Source: Candidatus Latescibacterota bacterium
GTDB lineage: Bacteria > Latescibacterota > UBA2968 > SICM01
Length of the DNA stretch: 64,000 nt
Assembly (NCBI GenBank): GCA_965217865.1
Contig: CBDCJO010000002.1
Coordinates: 3,200,001 to 3,264,000 of the forward strand
Reading direction: 5' to 3'
Every line of letters begins with the position of its first letter. Within the stretch, counting starts at the first letter, position 1. The translations under genes were made by a program, and so were the position numbers. Of the stretch, positions 51,910 to 62,400 are shown one piece after another. The notes below the pieces were generated by a model, which was not told the origin of the DNA, searched no databases, and worked only from the letters and a program-made list of their open reading frames with translations.

Positions 51910-52989
51910 CTACGCATCCGAAGCGCGTGTAACCCTAAACATCCGGTACATCATGCTCCGCAGATCGTCGTCCCAATCAATTTCGGCGGCTTTCAACGCC
52001 ACAATGAAGTCCACTTGTTCCTTGCTATGCGGCGGGCGGCGTAATATCTCGCGTAGGGTCTCCGGATCAAAAAATCTATGAAGATAATCGTAAGGATTCT
52101 TTCCGCTTGCTATCTGCCCAACCCTTATCTTCGCCCACTGCCTTCTTCCCTGTCGCTTGTGGCTGTCCTCGATATCGAAAAAATCTTTCTCTGAAGGAGT
52201 TACATTCCTAGCGAACACATTGTTAATTTCGCGAATAAGGTCATTTAACAATCTGAAATGCATGCGAATTATGCCGGATAGCTGCACCTTTTCGCCGTGA
52301 AGGGTCAAGACAAAGTTTCGAGACCTGTCATTCCATTTTCCAGACTGTATCAAATTATCAATATAATACATCATGGAGCCCGTGCTATCTTGTTGTTCAA
52401 AACCATAAGAAATTTCCCACTGTGGAATAATTACTCGTCCATGCAAAAGATTATTTCTAAGCTCTCGCAGAAATTCTGAAATATCTCTATCGAATAAACC
52501 ATCCTTTAGTTCAGATATATCATCGGCAATATCGACTCGCAACTTTTGACTTTCTTCAAGTGTATCCCTGATCCCAAATGCTAGAGCGCAATAGGCAACT
52601 GCGTCCTTTTGCGCAGCGTGTCCGACCGTGTGATCTACTTCATCCTCAAAATTTTCTGAACGTGCCAGTTCTCCGAGGGCTGCATCGTGGCGACAGATAT
52701 CCATAGATGCTTGATGGGAAGCATGAACAAGAGATGCCATACCTTGACGCAATATCCATTCCTTCCAGAATATATGATGGCGCAAAACTTGTTGTCTTGT
52801 TTCTCCAACAAGAGAATTTATTGTCTTTCGAATGGCATCAGGAGTAGGAAGTTGGTGTCTTTTTAGGCAAGATATACACCGATCTACTTCATATTGTTGT
52901 TGTCTGTTTTGAAGTTCGACCATTTTTTGAAAGGATGATAGCGGTTCATTCGTCTCATTATTTCCATACATTACCGGAGCCCTTTGCAA
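51910..52989 (-). CDS. Hypothetical protein with HEPN-like RxxxxH motif
   Basis: Intact ~350-aa ORF containing FLRELRNNLLHG. Confidence 0.6.
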   Translation of the reverse strand: MQRAPVMYGNNETNEPLSSFQKMVELQNRQQQYEVDRCISCLKRHQLPTPDAIRKTINSLVGETRQQVLRHHIFWKEWILRQGMASLVHASHQASMDICRHDAALGELARSENFEDEVDHTVGHAAQKDAVAYCALAFGIRDTLEESQKLRVDIADDISELKDGLFDRDISEFLRELRNNLLHGRVIIPQWEISYGFEQQDSTGSMMYYIDNLIQSGKWNDRSRNFVLTLHGEKVQLSGIIRMHFRLLNDLIREINNVFARNVTPSEKDFFDIEDSHKRQGRRQWAKIRVGQIASGKNPYDYLHRFFDPETLREILRRPPHSKEQVDFIVALKAAEIDWDDDLRSMMYRMFRVTRASDA

Positions 52990-53009
52990 ATTCTCGACAG
53001 AAAGGGTAT

Positions 53010-53140
53010 TGACTACCCGTCAGTATTCCGCAGATACGCCGCGCCATGTTCGTGAAGTGCTGTATCTCGTCGGCGCGTAGCGGACGGTCAAGGATGTCGC
53101 GCTCCCGGTAGGATAGCCATTTCTTGAGGACCTGGTAGCC
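53010..53140 (-). pseudogene. Type ISP C-terminal specificity domain fragment
   Basis: GYQVLKKWLSYRERDILDRPL..EIQHF..MARRI. Confidence 0.7.
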
Positions 53141-53214
53141 GCATTTGGGCCGGGATTATCGCATGTCGCGGACTCGACCCTGGTGAACGAGGACGTTGGC
53201 CCAACTGCAACCGC

Positions 53215-53345
53215 TCCCGCATCGATCCGGCCTGACGTGTCGGTTGGTAACACCCGAATTCCCTCCGGCGCGATGCCCACGATGCGTGCGGCCCTGATCT
53301 GTGCGCTGTGACTCTGATCGCTCATGTAAACGACCGGGCGAACCG
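53215..53345 (-). pseudogene. PLP-dependent amino-acid decarboxylase fragment
   Basis: PVVYMSDQSHSAQIRAARIVGI....RVLPTD..GRID. Confidence 0.6.
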
Positions 53346-53414
53346 GATTGTCGGCCGCCTCGCGTGCTGCGCTGCCCGGCGGGCGGAGCCTCGACGCCTT
53401 CCTGCTCCCGCGAT

Positions 53415-53585
53415 ATGCCCAGGGCCTCGGCCAGTTGCAGGGCGCTGAGTCGCTGCTTCACAACCTTCTTCTCTGCCCTTGTCATGGCTGCTCCCGCTCT
53501 GTCTTCTTCCAGGGGTTCTTCTTTTCCCTTTGAATGATATCATCTGTTCGGGAAGAGTCCTAGCCGTACACCCTATCTGTACACA
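53415..53585 (-). mobile_element. IS481-like left end and transposase start
   Basis: MTRAEKKVVKQRLSALQLAEALG and end TGTACAGATAG. Confidence 0.55.
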
Positions 53586-53895
53586 CATCGGAACATGTCA
53601 ACAATTTTGAGACACTGAAAGTTGGAATTTAGTGAAGTTTCCGGCCGTCTCCATAGGAGGTGTCATCGGCAACCGGCGAGCGTGTTCAAGTAGTGGTCAT
53701 TTCCTCCCCGGGGGAGGTCGATTACCTGGAGGTTGACTGATGTATAAGACGCACCGCCCGTGGGCCCCCACCGCGCCCGTATCCGTGGCCTCGTGGAGGG
53801 AGATGAAGACATTGTTGATCTTGTCCGGTTTAAGGTTGGAGTCGAAAACGCTCGCACCCGCCTCGACCAGCTTCGCATAGTCCACCATCCCCTAA

Positions 53896-55421
53896 CAGCC
53901 CGTTGAAGAACTACCTTTCAACGCACATAAACGGAAAAGACGCCTGGAGTGCGGGTCGGATAAATCAAGGTAAGGAGATTGAGCAGGAGACGCTGATAAG
54001 AGGTTAAAAAGGTGACCGAGGGCAGCAAACGTGATTGTAGGACGAGCAGTAGACGCTGCAAGGCCTTGGCCAGGTCCTGGAGGGCCTTCGGAGTACCTAC
54101 GCCCATCACTTTGCGCATGAGCAGAGCCAGGTTGCAGCCCCCGATGTGGATCAGCAAACGCTTGAGGATATTGCCGCGGTCTCTCAAGTGCAACCTGCGC
54201 ATGCCACCGGTATCATATGTGTGAGCGATGGTTCTTTCCACCCGTTCTGCACGACTTCGGCGCAAGGCCTTGCCGCGATCTCCCTTGATCCGGCGTCGAT
54301 TCGCATATACCGCGGCCTGCTCATCTCGTCGGCCGTTCCACTTGCGGCGTCCCCGATCCGGTTCTGAAATGTAACTCCGGATGCCGCCTTGCTTCAGACT
54401 GGTCAATACATCGTTGCTATGATATCCTTTGTCCGCAACCACCTCCCGTATACGCTGTCTGTGCAAACGTTTGGCAGCTTTTTCGTCCTTCGCGACCTGC
54501 TTGAGATTGAGCTGCGCCTCGAGCAGCGTCCAGGGCAACGACTCGGTATCTCCTTCATCTGCTCCCGACAACGCCACTGCCACAATGGCATTGGTGTCCA
54601 GATCCACCGCGTGCTCCACCTTGTGCGCCATGTGCGTGCGACCGTCCTTCATCTTAGCGATCTTGGCATCCGGGTCGTGCGGGTGCTCCCAGTCCTGGTT
54701 CGATCCCTTCTTCGGTCGCTTCTTATCGATCTTGGACAAGTCCTCGCGGGTAGGCGTTTCAATGCCCGAGGCCTTGGCCAGATTCTCAAGGAATGCCTGG
54801 TAGCCTTCACCCGTGTCACGGCGTACAATGCTGCGCATCGCGGCGTTGGCCTCCAGTGTCGTAGCATCCACGCCCAACGTCTTCCCCTTCACCAGACCCG
54901 CTTTGCACAAGACCCTCAGGATCCACTTGAAAACCGCTTCGTGAACTTCCAAGGGAAGCCGATGCCGGATGCGAGACAGGCTGGAATGATCCGGGGTCTG
55001 TTCGTCAAGGGCATACCCCAAAAACCGGCGCAACGTCAGCGAGTCAGATACACGCCATTCGATCCCACGTTCCGAATCAAGTCCCTCGAAATACCCAATC
55101 AAAAGCATCCGAAAATAAACCCCGGGCGGAATGCCCTTGCGACCCATATGAGGAGCGTAATACCGCTGGCAAAGCCCCTCGACGAACTCGTCGAAGCCGT
55201 TCGCCCCCAATACCTGATTCAGCTTCTCGTAGAACGGATGACCCGGAGATTTCACCAAAGTGTTCGATGCGATGAACAGGTTTTCCTGTCTCTGTCGTCC
55301 TCGTTTTCCCATTGCCATTTGCTCGTCCTCCCTTCTCAGTTTGAACCTGATATATCATAGGACCAAACCACAAGGAAAGACAACAGTCATCTTGGCATAA
55401 ACGCACTTTTTCAACAGGCTG
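53896..55421 (-). mobile_element. IS1182-family copy 4 (transposase 53918-55318), TSD CTAA
   Basis: CTAA at 53892-53895 and 55422-55425. Near-identical to copy 2. Confidence 0.92.
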
Positions 55422-55499
55422 CTAAAGGCCGCTTTTGTGTGTTCGAACTCCCTGGAGATCAGCCGGTTTCTCACCAAAGCCATATTTTCACTAGCCAGC

Positions 55500-56075
55500 T
55501 TAACTTATATCTTTTTTTAATAACTCATCAGCGAGAATTGGCAAGTACTCTATCAAACTGTTATACACCCCACGCTTGCGAGCAGCCAAGTAATTTTTTA
55601 GACTGTGAAACACAGGATCTGCCAAATGAATGCCGTGCTGACTCTTCAATTTAGAAAGTCCACGTTGGGCATGGCCTTTCCCTTCGAACTCGTCACGATA
55701 CAAAGCGGTCGATGCTTCGATAAGGATTTCAGTGAAACGGCTTTTCCAATCCGGGTACATATCAGGAAACCATCCTCTGAACTTCATTTCGGCCTCCAAT
55801 GGAGCCATTCGGTCGATAAATGATGGATGGGCATGCAGCACTTTTCTCCAGTAAGAATGTGCCATTTCGTGAAAAACAAGATACCTTTGAGATCGATATC
55901 GTTTGAACCTAAGGGGAAGTGGACTAAATCGAAATACAACAGGCGGACCCCACAAGGCGAACGAGACCTTTGCATTTGATATCTCAAAACCAAAGGATGG
56001 TGGACAAAGTGGATTTGGGACTAAGGTCAAGTTGTTAATAGAAAACCCAAATAAAAGGTTCATAAATTCGTCAAC
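55500..56075 (-). pseudogene. DUF4932-like HExxH protein, 5'-truncated
   Basis: LVFHEMAHSY...W...FTEILIEA. Confidence 0.5.
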
Positions 56076-56096
56076 TCTGCAGCCTTCGTCCGAACG

Positions 56097-56519
56097 GTGA
56101 AGAAGCCGGGCAGGTACGGCGACGGGAACGGACTCTATCTGCTTGTCACGCCGACCGGGGCGCGCTGCTGGGTGCAACGACTAACGATTCGCGGACGGCG
56201 GCGCGAGCTCGGCCTGGGCGGCTTTCCCTTGGTGACGCTGGCCGAAGCCCGCGAGAAGGCATTTGCCTACCGCAAGCTGGCCCGTGCCGGCGGCGACCCG
56301 CTCACGGAGAAGCGCAAGGATCAAGGCGTGCCCACGTTCGAGGAAGCCGCCGCGAGGGTGATAGAAATTCACCGGCCGTATTGGAAGAGCAGCGGCAAGA
56401 GCGAGGCGCAATGGGAACATTCGCTTCGTCATTACGTGTTCCCGCGCCTGAGCCGGTGTTCGGTGTCGGAGATCACGACGGCTGACGTGCTGGAGGTCTT
56501 GACTCCGATGTGGCCCTGA
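56097..56519 (+). pseudogene. P4-like tyrosine integrase N-terminus (Arm-binding), truncated
   Basis: PGRYGDGNGLYLLV...RRELGLGGFPLVTLAEARE. Confidence 0.88.
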
Positions 56520-56624
56520 CTCGTTCCGCCCGACTAAAGCCGTAACGCGTTCGAGCGGAATCCAGTTACTGTCGTCGATATTGCGATAATTCAGAACTCT
56601 GAATCGTTTCGGGAGCAATTTCAT
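56515..56624 (-). pseudogene. OLD/AAA_15-type ATPase N-terminal fragment
   Basis: FRVLNYRNIDDS.WI.LERVTALVGRNESG, cut within Walker A. Confidence 0.7.
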
Positions 56625-56932
56625 CAAGACTGTGCGGCGGTCCTGCGGACCACAACCGTCCGCTTGCTTCATCCGTCGTGGTGCCGGCAGGCATGGTTTA
56701 CTTGACAGTGCCAGATGGTCAGTGGCGGCGGTATGCGCCTCGTCCGCGCGGGCGATTGTGGGTCGCTTCGTCAAGGCTCTTTGCAGCCGCATACTCAGTT
56801 TTCCCGCCGCTTTGGTCACCAAGTTGGTGCTACCCGCGTTTACGTAAGCGATTTAGTTCGCGCTGGACGATTTCGAGCGAAAGGCACATGACCCCATGAA
56901 GTAGAACTCAACTCCGTCTCGGGACGCCGAAT

Positions 56933-56985
56933 ATGGCTGGGTTTACGGTGTCCACTAATGGCCAGATTTGACCCGTCCGCCGAGA
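56933..56985. mobile_element. Possible IS21-family end remnant
   Basis: Tandem TGGC.G..TT...GTCC.C units (TGGCTGGGTTTACGGTGTCCAC / TGGCCAGATTTGACCCGTCCGCCGAG). Confidence 0.4.
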
Positions 56986-57024
56986 ATGGCCATGGCGGTC
57001 AGGGTCCCGATCGCGGCCCGCGTC

Positions 57025-57356
57025 GTGCGTCAGCACCTCGCTGGCGCACGAAACGGTACTCACGGCCCTGTCACGCGCAGTATGGCAACGCAGACCGCAG
57101 CCGAATCTGATGATTCATTCCGATCGAGGTATTCAGTATTGCTGCGATGGCTTCCGAAAGGCCGTCGACGCGCATCAGTTTGTTCAAAGCATGAGCAGGA
57201 AGGCCGATTGCTGGGACAATGCCGTCTCCGAGTCATTCTTCAAAACCTTGAAGACCGAATGGCTGTATCACGTCGACTTGATCGACCTCGATCATGCAGA
57301 GCGCGAACTCTTCGAGTACATCGAAATGTTTTACAACAATCAGCGGCTGCACGCTT
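57025..57356 (+). mobile_element. Internal fragment of the 3836-type IS3 element
   Basis: Near-identical to 9388-9710. Confidence 0.88.
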
Positions 57357-57450
57357 GGAGGTTAACGTTCCCGTGCCGGTCTGTGGATGATAACTCCCCG
57401 CGCTGTGCGTGCTCACCCTCCCTGCTTCCGACAGGCCGTTATGCCTGACA

Positions 57451-60363
57451 TTAGTCCAAAAGATCAAATCGGCCCAGACGGAGCAAGTTTTCACGCGCAC
57501 GTTCTGCGGTCTGACGCACGCTTTCGTCGCTGCTTTCAAGACCTGCAGCCACAATGGGTTTTGCGTCTTCGGTCCGAATGTATATCGAGTCACTTTCAGT
57601 CCTAGACTCTGTGATTCTCGCAAAACACTTGACCACCATTGCGGTGTGATCTGGAAGCATTTTGCGCAACGCTCCCAACTCAATGTAGATCGGACGGTCT
57701 TTGGACGTGTCGGCATCCAGATCCAGAATCCTAGAATATGCATCCAATCGCCATGCCGCACTCAGGCATTCGGCTTCCAACCAAAAGGTAAACTTTTGAA
57801 GCTCTGTCGGCTCCCTGGCTTCAAGCCGACATTCGAAAAACTCAATAAGCCGGTCCTTCAAGGCCTCATCAAGGTGCCTCCCGCTGTTCTGTAAAAACCT
57901 GCCCACGTAGTCAAACAACCTTGCCCAGCGTTTTGGGTCGCCGTCTGTCTCTTGGTAATAACGCTCAAGAAGGCTTTCTTCTCCCGCGAGCGGATACACG
58001 TCCCACAAATAGTACATAAACAGATGCTGTCCGAGACTATCAATCGGTTCTCGACGAGGTAGGCCTTGTTCTCGGAGCTCGGAAAGATGTTGCAGGGCAA
58101 AATCGAAATTTTCGACAAGAATCTCGAAAGTCGGCTTGTAGGGGTTAGTGAAATGCAGGAAGTTGCCGAATGCCACTGACCATGTATCCAATACATCTTT
58201 GGGAAAAAAGTCTGCTCTATGCTCGGTCGCCCATACCTCATTGATGCCGAATATCTGGACGTAGTTTTTACCTAAAATGGCATACTCCGCCAGCGTCAAA
58301 GGATACCTCGCATCCAAGCCAAAGCGTTTTTCAAGAATTGTAGCTACCTCTGGAACTTCGGTCTTCGAATGACACCTCCGTACCCACAAACCAAATTTAA
58401 CCAAGTCTTCCAGTGCGCGGCTCCGGATATTATTGATGGCCTCGCTGATCGGAGCCTCTATGTTCAAAAGCGTTGGCATGTTCCGGTCTAAGCGCCAATC
58501 AAATTGTGTGCAAAGTATATCAAGAAGCCTGGATAGTTGCCCACGGAAGGAAATCGGCACATTCACATCCTCTTCGAGACAGCCTCCTATAAAGTCACCG
58601 ACTGCTCGCCGTGAGCTATGCCAATCGGGATGCTCCCGGGATTCACCACCAATTCTGCCGAGGCTATAGCTTTCTTGGTGTTCTTGATCAGGATGTGAAA
58701 GCAACCATTTGCAAAATGCTAGCCATTCGTTGAGCTTATCGAAGTTCTGTGCTCTGACGTTCTCGTGCATTCCATCAATCATCACCCGTACGTAAATGGG
58801 CCGCTCAATCCTTTCGCGATTCTCGATCCAGAATCTGAGTCTGTTAGGATCCGGAATAATCGAATCCCTGAAAGCGGTTTTAAAAGCTAAGGCGAGAGCT
58901 TCGATATTGACAAAGCAGATGGTTTTTTTATCAAGGTGTTCTTCCTGCCATTCGTTTATGTAGTTTAGTAGCTCCTCACTCGAGAGGCTTGCGAGATCCT
59001 CGGGTGGTTTTGGGCTGAGATGAGACACTATCCCGCCTTCGCCGCTTGCTTCACCAACTATCGAATAGTCTTCATCGCCAGTCTGTTTGTTGACCTCGGC
59101 TTCTAACTCCTGGAAGTAGGATAAAAATTCACCAAATAACACGGAAGCAAAGGGCTTGAACTGCATCCGGTGAAAACCTCGCTGGTACTGCGCGAACAGT
59201 TCCTCCGTAAATTGTTCTCCCATCCGTTCGCGGAAATCCGCCTTCGATGGACCGCTGCGAATGGCATCGAAGATTCGCGTCCGCTCATCTTCAGTGAGCA
59301 ACTCCGCGCCAAAACGCTCACAGGCCAGCCGTATCATCCGCTGAAATTCATAGTGGTGTTCCCATTTGCCATAATCATCATGCGCCAGGACCAACTTCCG
59401 AATCCACGGCTTGGTTTGCTCGCTCGGATGTAGAGCGTAAAGGTGTTGACGAAGGCGTACGAAGAGCTTCCATCGGTTCTGGCGTAACGCCTTGTCTAAG
59501 ATTCCGACTAATTGCGGCAACTTTTCAAACACCATCTCGCACGCGAAGTTCAACGTATGAACAAGTGTTTCCTTGGAGTCCTGGTCCTCTCTATATACGC
59601 TGTCGACCCGTGGACACCATATTTCTGAGAAATCCTCCTCTCCGCTCTTATTGGGATTCTCTTGGTGTGCTTCAAACTGAATCACATTGGCCGTGGCCTT
59701 AATGAGCATACAAGCAACCTGATAGGGTTCCTTGTCCGCCAATGGGCGTAGCCCTTTCTCCATTATTTCTCCATATTCCCAGCACTCGAACCGAGGAGCC
59801 GACTCTAGAAGCGTCCTCAAATCATCTGGATTTTTCCTTTGACGCTTCAGCTTTTCCTCTGATTGAGGATCGGGGGCAAACTCAACCAGCATCTTGGAAA
59901 GTTCTAATGCAGCCAATGTTTGATCTTGTTCCGTCCAATGGGCTAACAATTCTGCGTATCTGTAAGCCTGGAATTGGTGCTTTATCTTTGCATATTCGAG
60001 TATTTTTGGCTTCAACCGGGCAGACTGATTTCCTTGGAGCTTCAATGCAATATCCAAAATCTCATCATAGACCCTTGGATTATCGACTCTGGGCAACTGC
60101 AATACGATGTTTATGACTTTATCTGGCTCGTAATCGGACACGTTCTTGAGGTATTGAAGCTCTGGCCAAAAAGGGAATTGAACAGAACCATCAGGCAAAT
60201 CCCTGATTTTCGGAGGGCACTGAAAATAGTCTCTCTCGACCAAAGGCTGAATCCACAAAGGATTTTGCAGCCGAGAGAAGAAATATTTCCGGTCAGTCTC
60301 CTTCTTAATCGACGACAGAGCTTTTTCTACCATTTCATTGGTTGGTTTCTTCCAGGATTTCAT
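57451..60363 (-). CDS. Large alpha-helical hypothetical protein (~970 aa)
   Basis: Intact ORF with N-terminal YFFSRLQNPLW..PL....YF..PP segment and no recognised catalytic motif. Confidence 0.8.
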   Translation of the reverse strand: MKSWKKPTNEMVEKALSSIKKETDRKYFFSRLQNPLWIQPLVERDYFQCPPKIRDLPDGSVQFPFWPELQYLKNVSDYEPDKVINIVLQLPRVDNPRVYDEILDIALKLQGNQSARLKPKILEYAKIKHQFQAYRYAELLAHWTEQDQTLAALELSKMLVEFAPDPQSEEKLKRQRKNPDDLRTLLESAPRFECWEYGEIMEKGLRPLADKEPYQVACMLIKATANVIQFEAHQENPNKSGEEDFSEIWCPRVDSVYREDQDSKETLVHTLNFACEMVFEKLPQLVGILDKALRQNRWKLFVRLRQHLYALHPSEQTKPWIRKLVLAHDDYGKWEHHYEFQRMIRLACERFGAELLTEDERTRIFDAIRSGPSKADFRERMGEQFTEELFAQYQRGFHRMQFKPFASVLFGEFLSYFQELEAEVNKQTGDEDYSIVGEASGEGGIVSHLSPKPPEDLASLSSEELLNYINEWQEEHLDKKTICFVNIEALALAFKTAFRDSIIPDPNRLRFWIENRERIERPIYVRVMIDGMHENVRAQNFDKLNEWLAFCKWLLSHPDQEHQESYSLGRIGGESREHPDWHSSRRAVGDFIGGCLEEDVNVPISFRGQLSRLLDILCTQFDWRLDRNMPTLLNIEAPISEAINNIRSRALEDLVKFGLWVRRCHSKTEVPEVATILEKRFGLDARYPLTLAEYAILGKNYVQIFGINEVWATEHRADFFPKDVLDTWSVAFGNFLHFTNPYKPTFEILVENFDFALQHLSELREQGLPRREPIDSLGQHLFMYYLWDVYPLAGEESLLERYYQETDGDPKRWARLFDYVGRFLQNSGRHLDEALKDRLIEFFECRLEAREPTELQKFTFWLEAECLSAAWRLDAYSRILDLDADTSKDRPIYIELGALRKMLPDHTAMVVKCFARITESRTESDSIYIRTEDAKPIVAAGLESSDESVRQTAERARENLLRLGRFDLLD

Positions 60364-60976
60364 TGACACCCTTTATTCGTTCTAATGTACTGCTTGCAGC
60401 GATGTACAAATAGCTATCAAGCGTTTGAAGAAAATGCCTTCGAACTTTAGATGGTGCATCCTGTGAAAAGGCTTTTTCTCGCAGATGAGCATGTTTGAGA
60501 AACCATTTTTTCGCCGTTTTCCATTCCTTTATAAAATTCTGGGGGATTTTATCGCGGTCTTTGTAGTCCAAAAAGGTACTAAAGAAAATGTAATCAGCCT
60601 CTGATGCTTTGAGACGGACAGCTTTATGCTCATCAATCAGTTTCTTTATCTTCTTGCAGGTTTGATAAGGAATTAAATGGCCGTTTTCAACACAATCCAT
60701 TTTATTAAACCCTTCCGTTCCCCATTCGCTTTTCCATTCGTGTTGGAACTTATCCACGAGAGCCTTATACTGAACGTGCTCCGTATTGATGCCCTGCACA
60801 CTCCGGGCAAGAGTATTCATCAAATCCCTACCCGTATGCGACACAAAGGTAATGTAGCCTGACGATTTCTTGTCCAGGAGATCCAATGCGCCTTTGTAAG
60901 CTTCAGCAAACACAGGTCGCTGGAGCTTTTTGTTTAGCCAATCAAAGATGCGTTGTTGTTTCTGTGTGAGCATCAT
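60335..60976 (-). CDS. Hypothetical protein, possible HEPN-like fold
   Basis: RBS GGAGG. Contains YKGAL..L, SHTGRDLMN and WFLKHAH. Overlaps the downstream gene by ~30 bp. Confidence 0.7.
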   Translation of the reverse strand: MMLTQKQQRIFDWLNKKLQRPVFAEAYKGALDLLDKKSSGYITFVSHTGRDLMNTLARSVQGINTEHVQYKALVDKFQHEWKSEWGTEGFNKMDCVENGHLIPYQTCKKIKKLIDEHKAVRLKASEADYIFFSTFLDYKDRDKIPQNFIKEWKTAKKWFLKHAHLREKAFSQDAPSKVRRHFLQTLDSYLYIAASSTLERIKGVNEILEETNQ

Positions 60977-61098
60977 GCAGCGTAAATGCCTCCTTGAGGA
61001 CGGTGTGGAGGAGGAGGGCAGCGCATCCCATCGTGCTCTTGAGCTCCAGCGTTCCGGATTCGCCTATCGCGCGGCCAGCGCTGTTAATCTGTTCAGGC

Positions 61099-61143
61099 TG
61101 ATATGACCCGGGAAAAGTGGACAGTGGTTTAAGCCGCTTTCTG
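61099..61143 (-). mobile_element. Solo 45-bp right end of the 3836-type IS3
   Basis: TGATATGACCCGGGAAAAGTGGACAGTGGTTTAAGCCGCTTTCT is identical to 3836-3879. Confidence 0.9.
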
Positions 61144-61652
61144 GCGGCTCTCCTCCGGCTCGCCGTTGATGTCGGGATAGCCGAACAGGCGCTTTTCCGT
61201 TCGCACATCCTCCCGCCGATCGAGTCCGAGAATAATGACGTGCACATGCGCCTTGCCGCGCGCGTCCGATCCCCACGCGAAGGTGCGGTGTGCGAAGGCC
61301 ACCTCCAGCTTGCAGCGCCCGAACAGGACAGGCCACAGTTGCGCGACCTGTTCGCCTTGCGTGATCGAGTTGGTGGCGACGAAGCCGATCTGGGCACGGC
61401 TGCCCTGCAGATACTCTCCCGCCTTGATGAACCACGCGGCGACGTAATCGAGCGTGCCGCCGCTCTTGCCCAGCGCCGTGATCCCGCGCACTTGGGCGCG
61501 TTGGTCCCCCGTCTGATACTTCGCGCCCACGAAGGGCGGATTGCCGAACACGAACGAGCAATCCTCCGGCGGCAGCAGGTCCGCCCAATCGGTTTCCAAC
61601 GCATCGCCATGGACGATGTGCGGCGACTTCTCCAGAGGAATTCGGGCGTAGG
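61144..61652 (-). pseudogene. MmeI-like type IIL methylase fragment
   Basis: YARIPL.KSPHIVHGDAL..DW, GNPPFVG, LDYVAAWF, FVATNSITQGEQV. Confidence 0.85.
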
Positions 61653-61869
61653 CGCCCTGTCGGGCGCGAGACCCGATCCTGAACCCGTTTCCCTTGCCCC
61701 CGCTCGTACTCCTCGGCCCACTTCGAAAGTTTCAGCTTGCTCCGGTTCAACCCCGCCGCCTTCCCTTGGCCGGATCGACCCCGAACTGCCGGTAGATGGG
61801 TCTTCCGCGCTACAGGCGAAGTGAAGGTGTCCTTGACGTGCGTCGAGTTGTCTGGTCCTCGGTCCTCGT

Positions 61870-62367
61870 GACCAGCGAGACCGTGGAGTTGAACAACCGA
61901 TCCATCTGGTTACGTAACAGCGTGCGGTCGCCACGGTTGCTTCCACCACTCATGTGCAGGCCCAGCTTGCCCATAAACTCGGCCAATGATTTCCCTAAAA
62001 CCAACACGGGGGACTGAGTTTTGACGCCCTCAGTCGAGACCCAGGCAAGCAAGAGGCGCGGCAGGGTGCCGAAAGGCAGCTTACTGCCTGCCGTAGCGGT
62101 CATGTAGAGCGTGTAGGGGCCGTTCTGTCGCTTGTATTGAAGGCGGTTGCCGGGGTTGGTGCGGGGCAGGGAGCACAGCGCCATCGTCCGCGCCATGAAG
62201 CCGAGATCGGGGTCCGCTTCGCTAGCCGTAACAAGCTGGTTCACCTGATCGGCCTGGGTGAAGTGGTGGCGGGATTGGGGCGAGGCGTCGCGAATCGCCT
62301 TCACTGGCCCGCCCAGATCGGCCAAGGCATCACCGATGGGAACCAACTCGTTTCGTTGACGCTGCAT
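61870..62367 (-). pseudogene. repA: Plasmid-type RepA (IncW-like RepA_C), truncated
   Basis: GFMAR..ALCSLPRTNPG...R.NG, LPFGTLPRLLLAWV.TE, LRNQMDRLF. Confidence 0.82.
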
Positions 62368-62400
62368 GGCTTTGCCGCTGAGTAGGTTGTAAATCTTCAA

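Noticed and set aside
51612-56519. Tyrosine recombinase fragments as the integron integrase
   Set aside because: They are phage/P4-type (Arm domain, generic C-terminus), truncated, and show no IntI-specific features.
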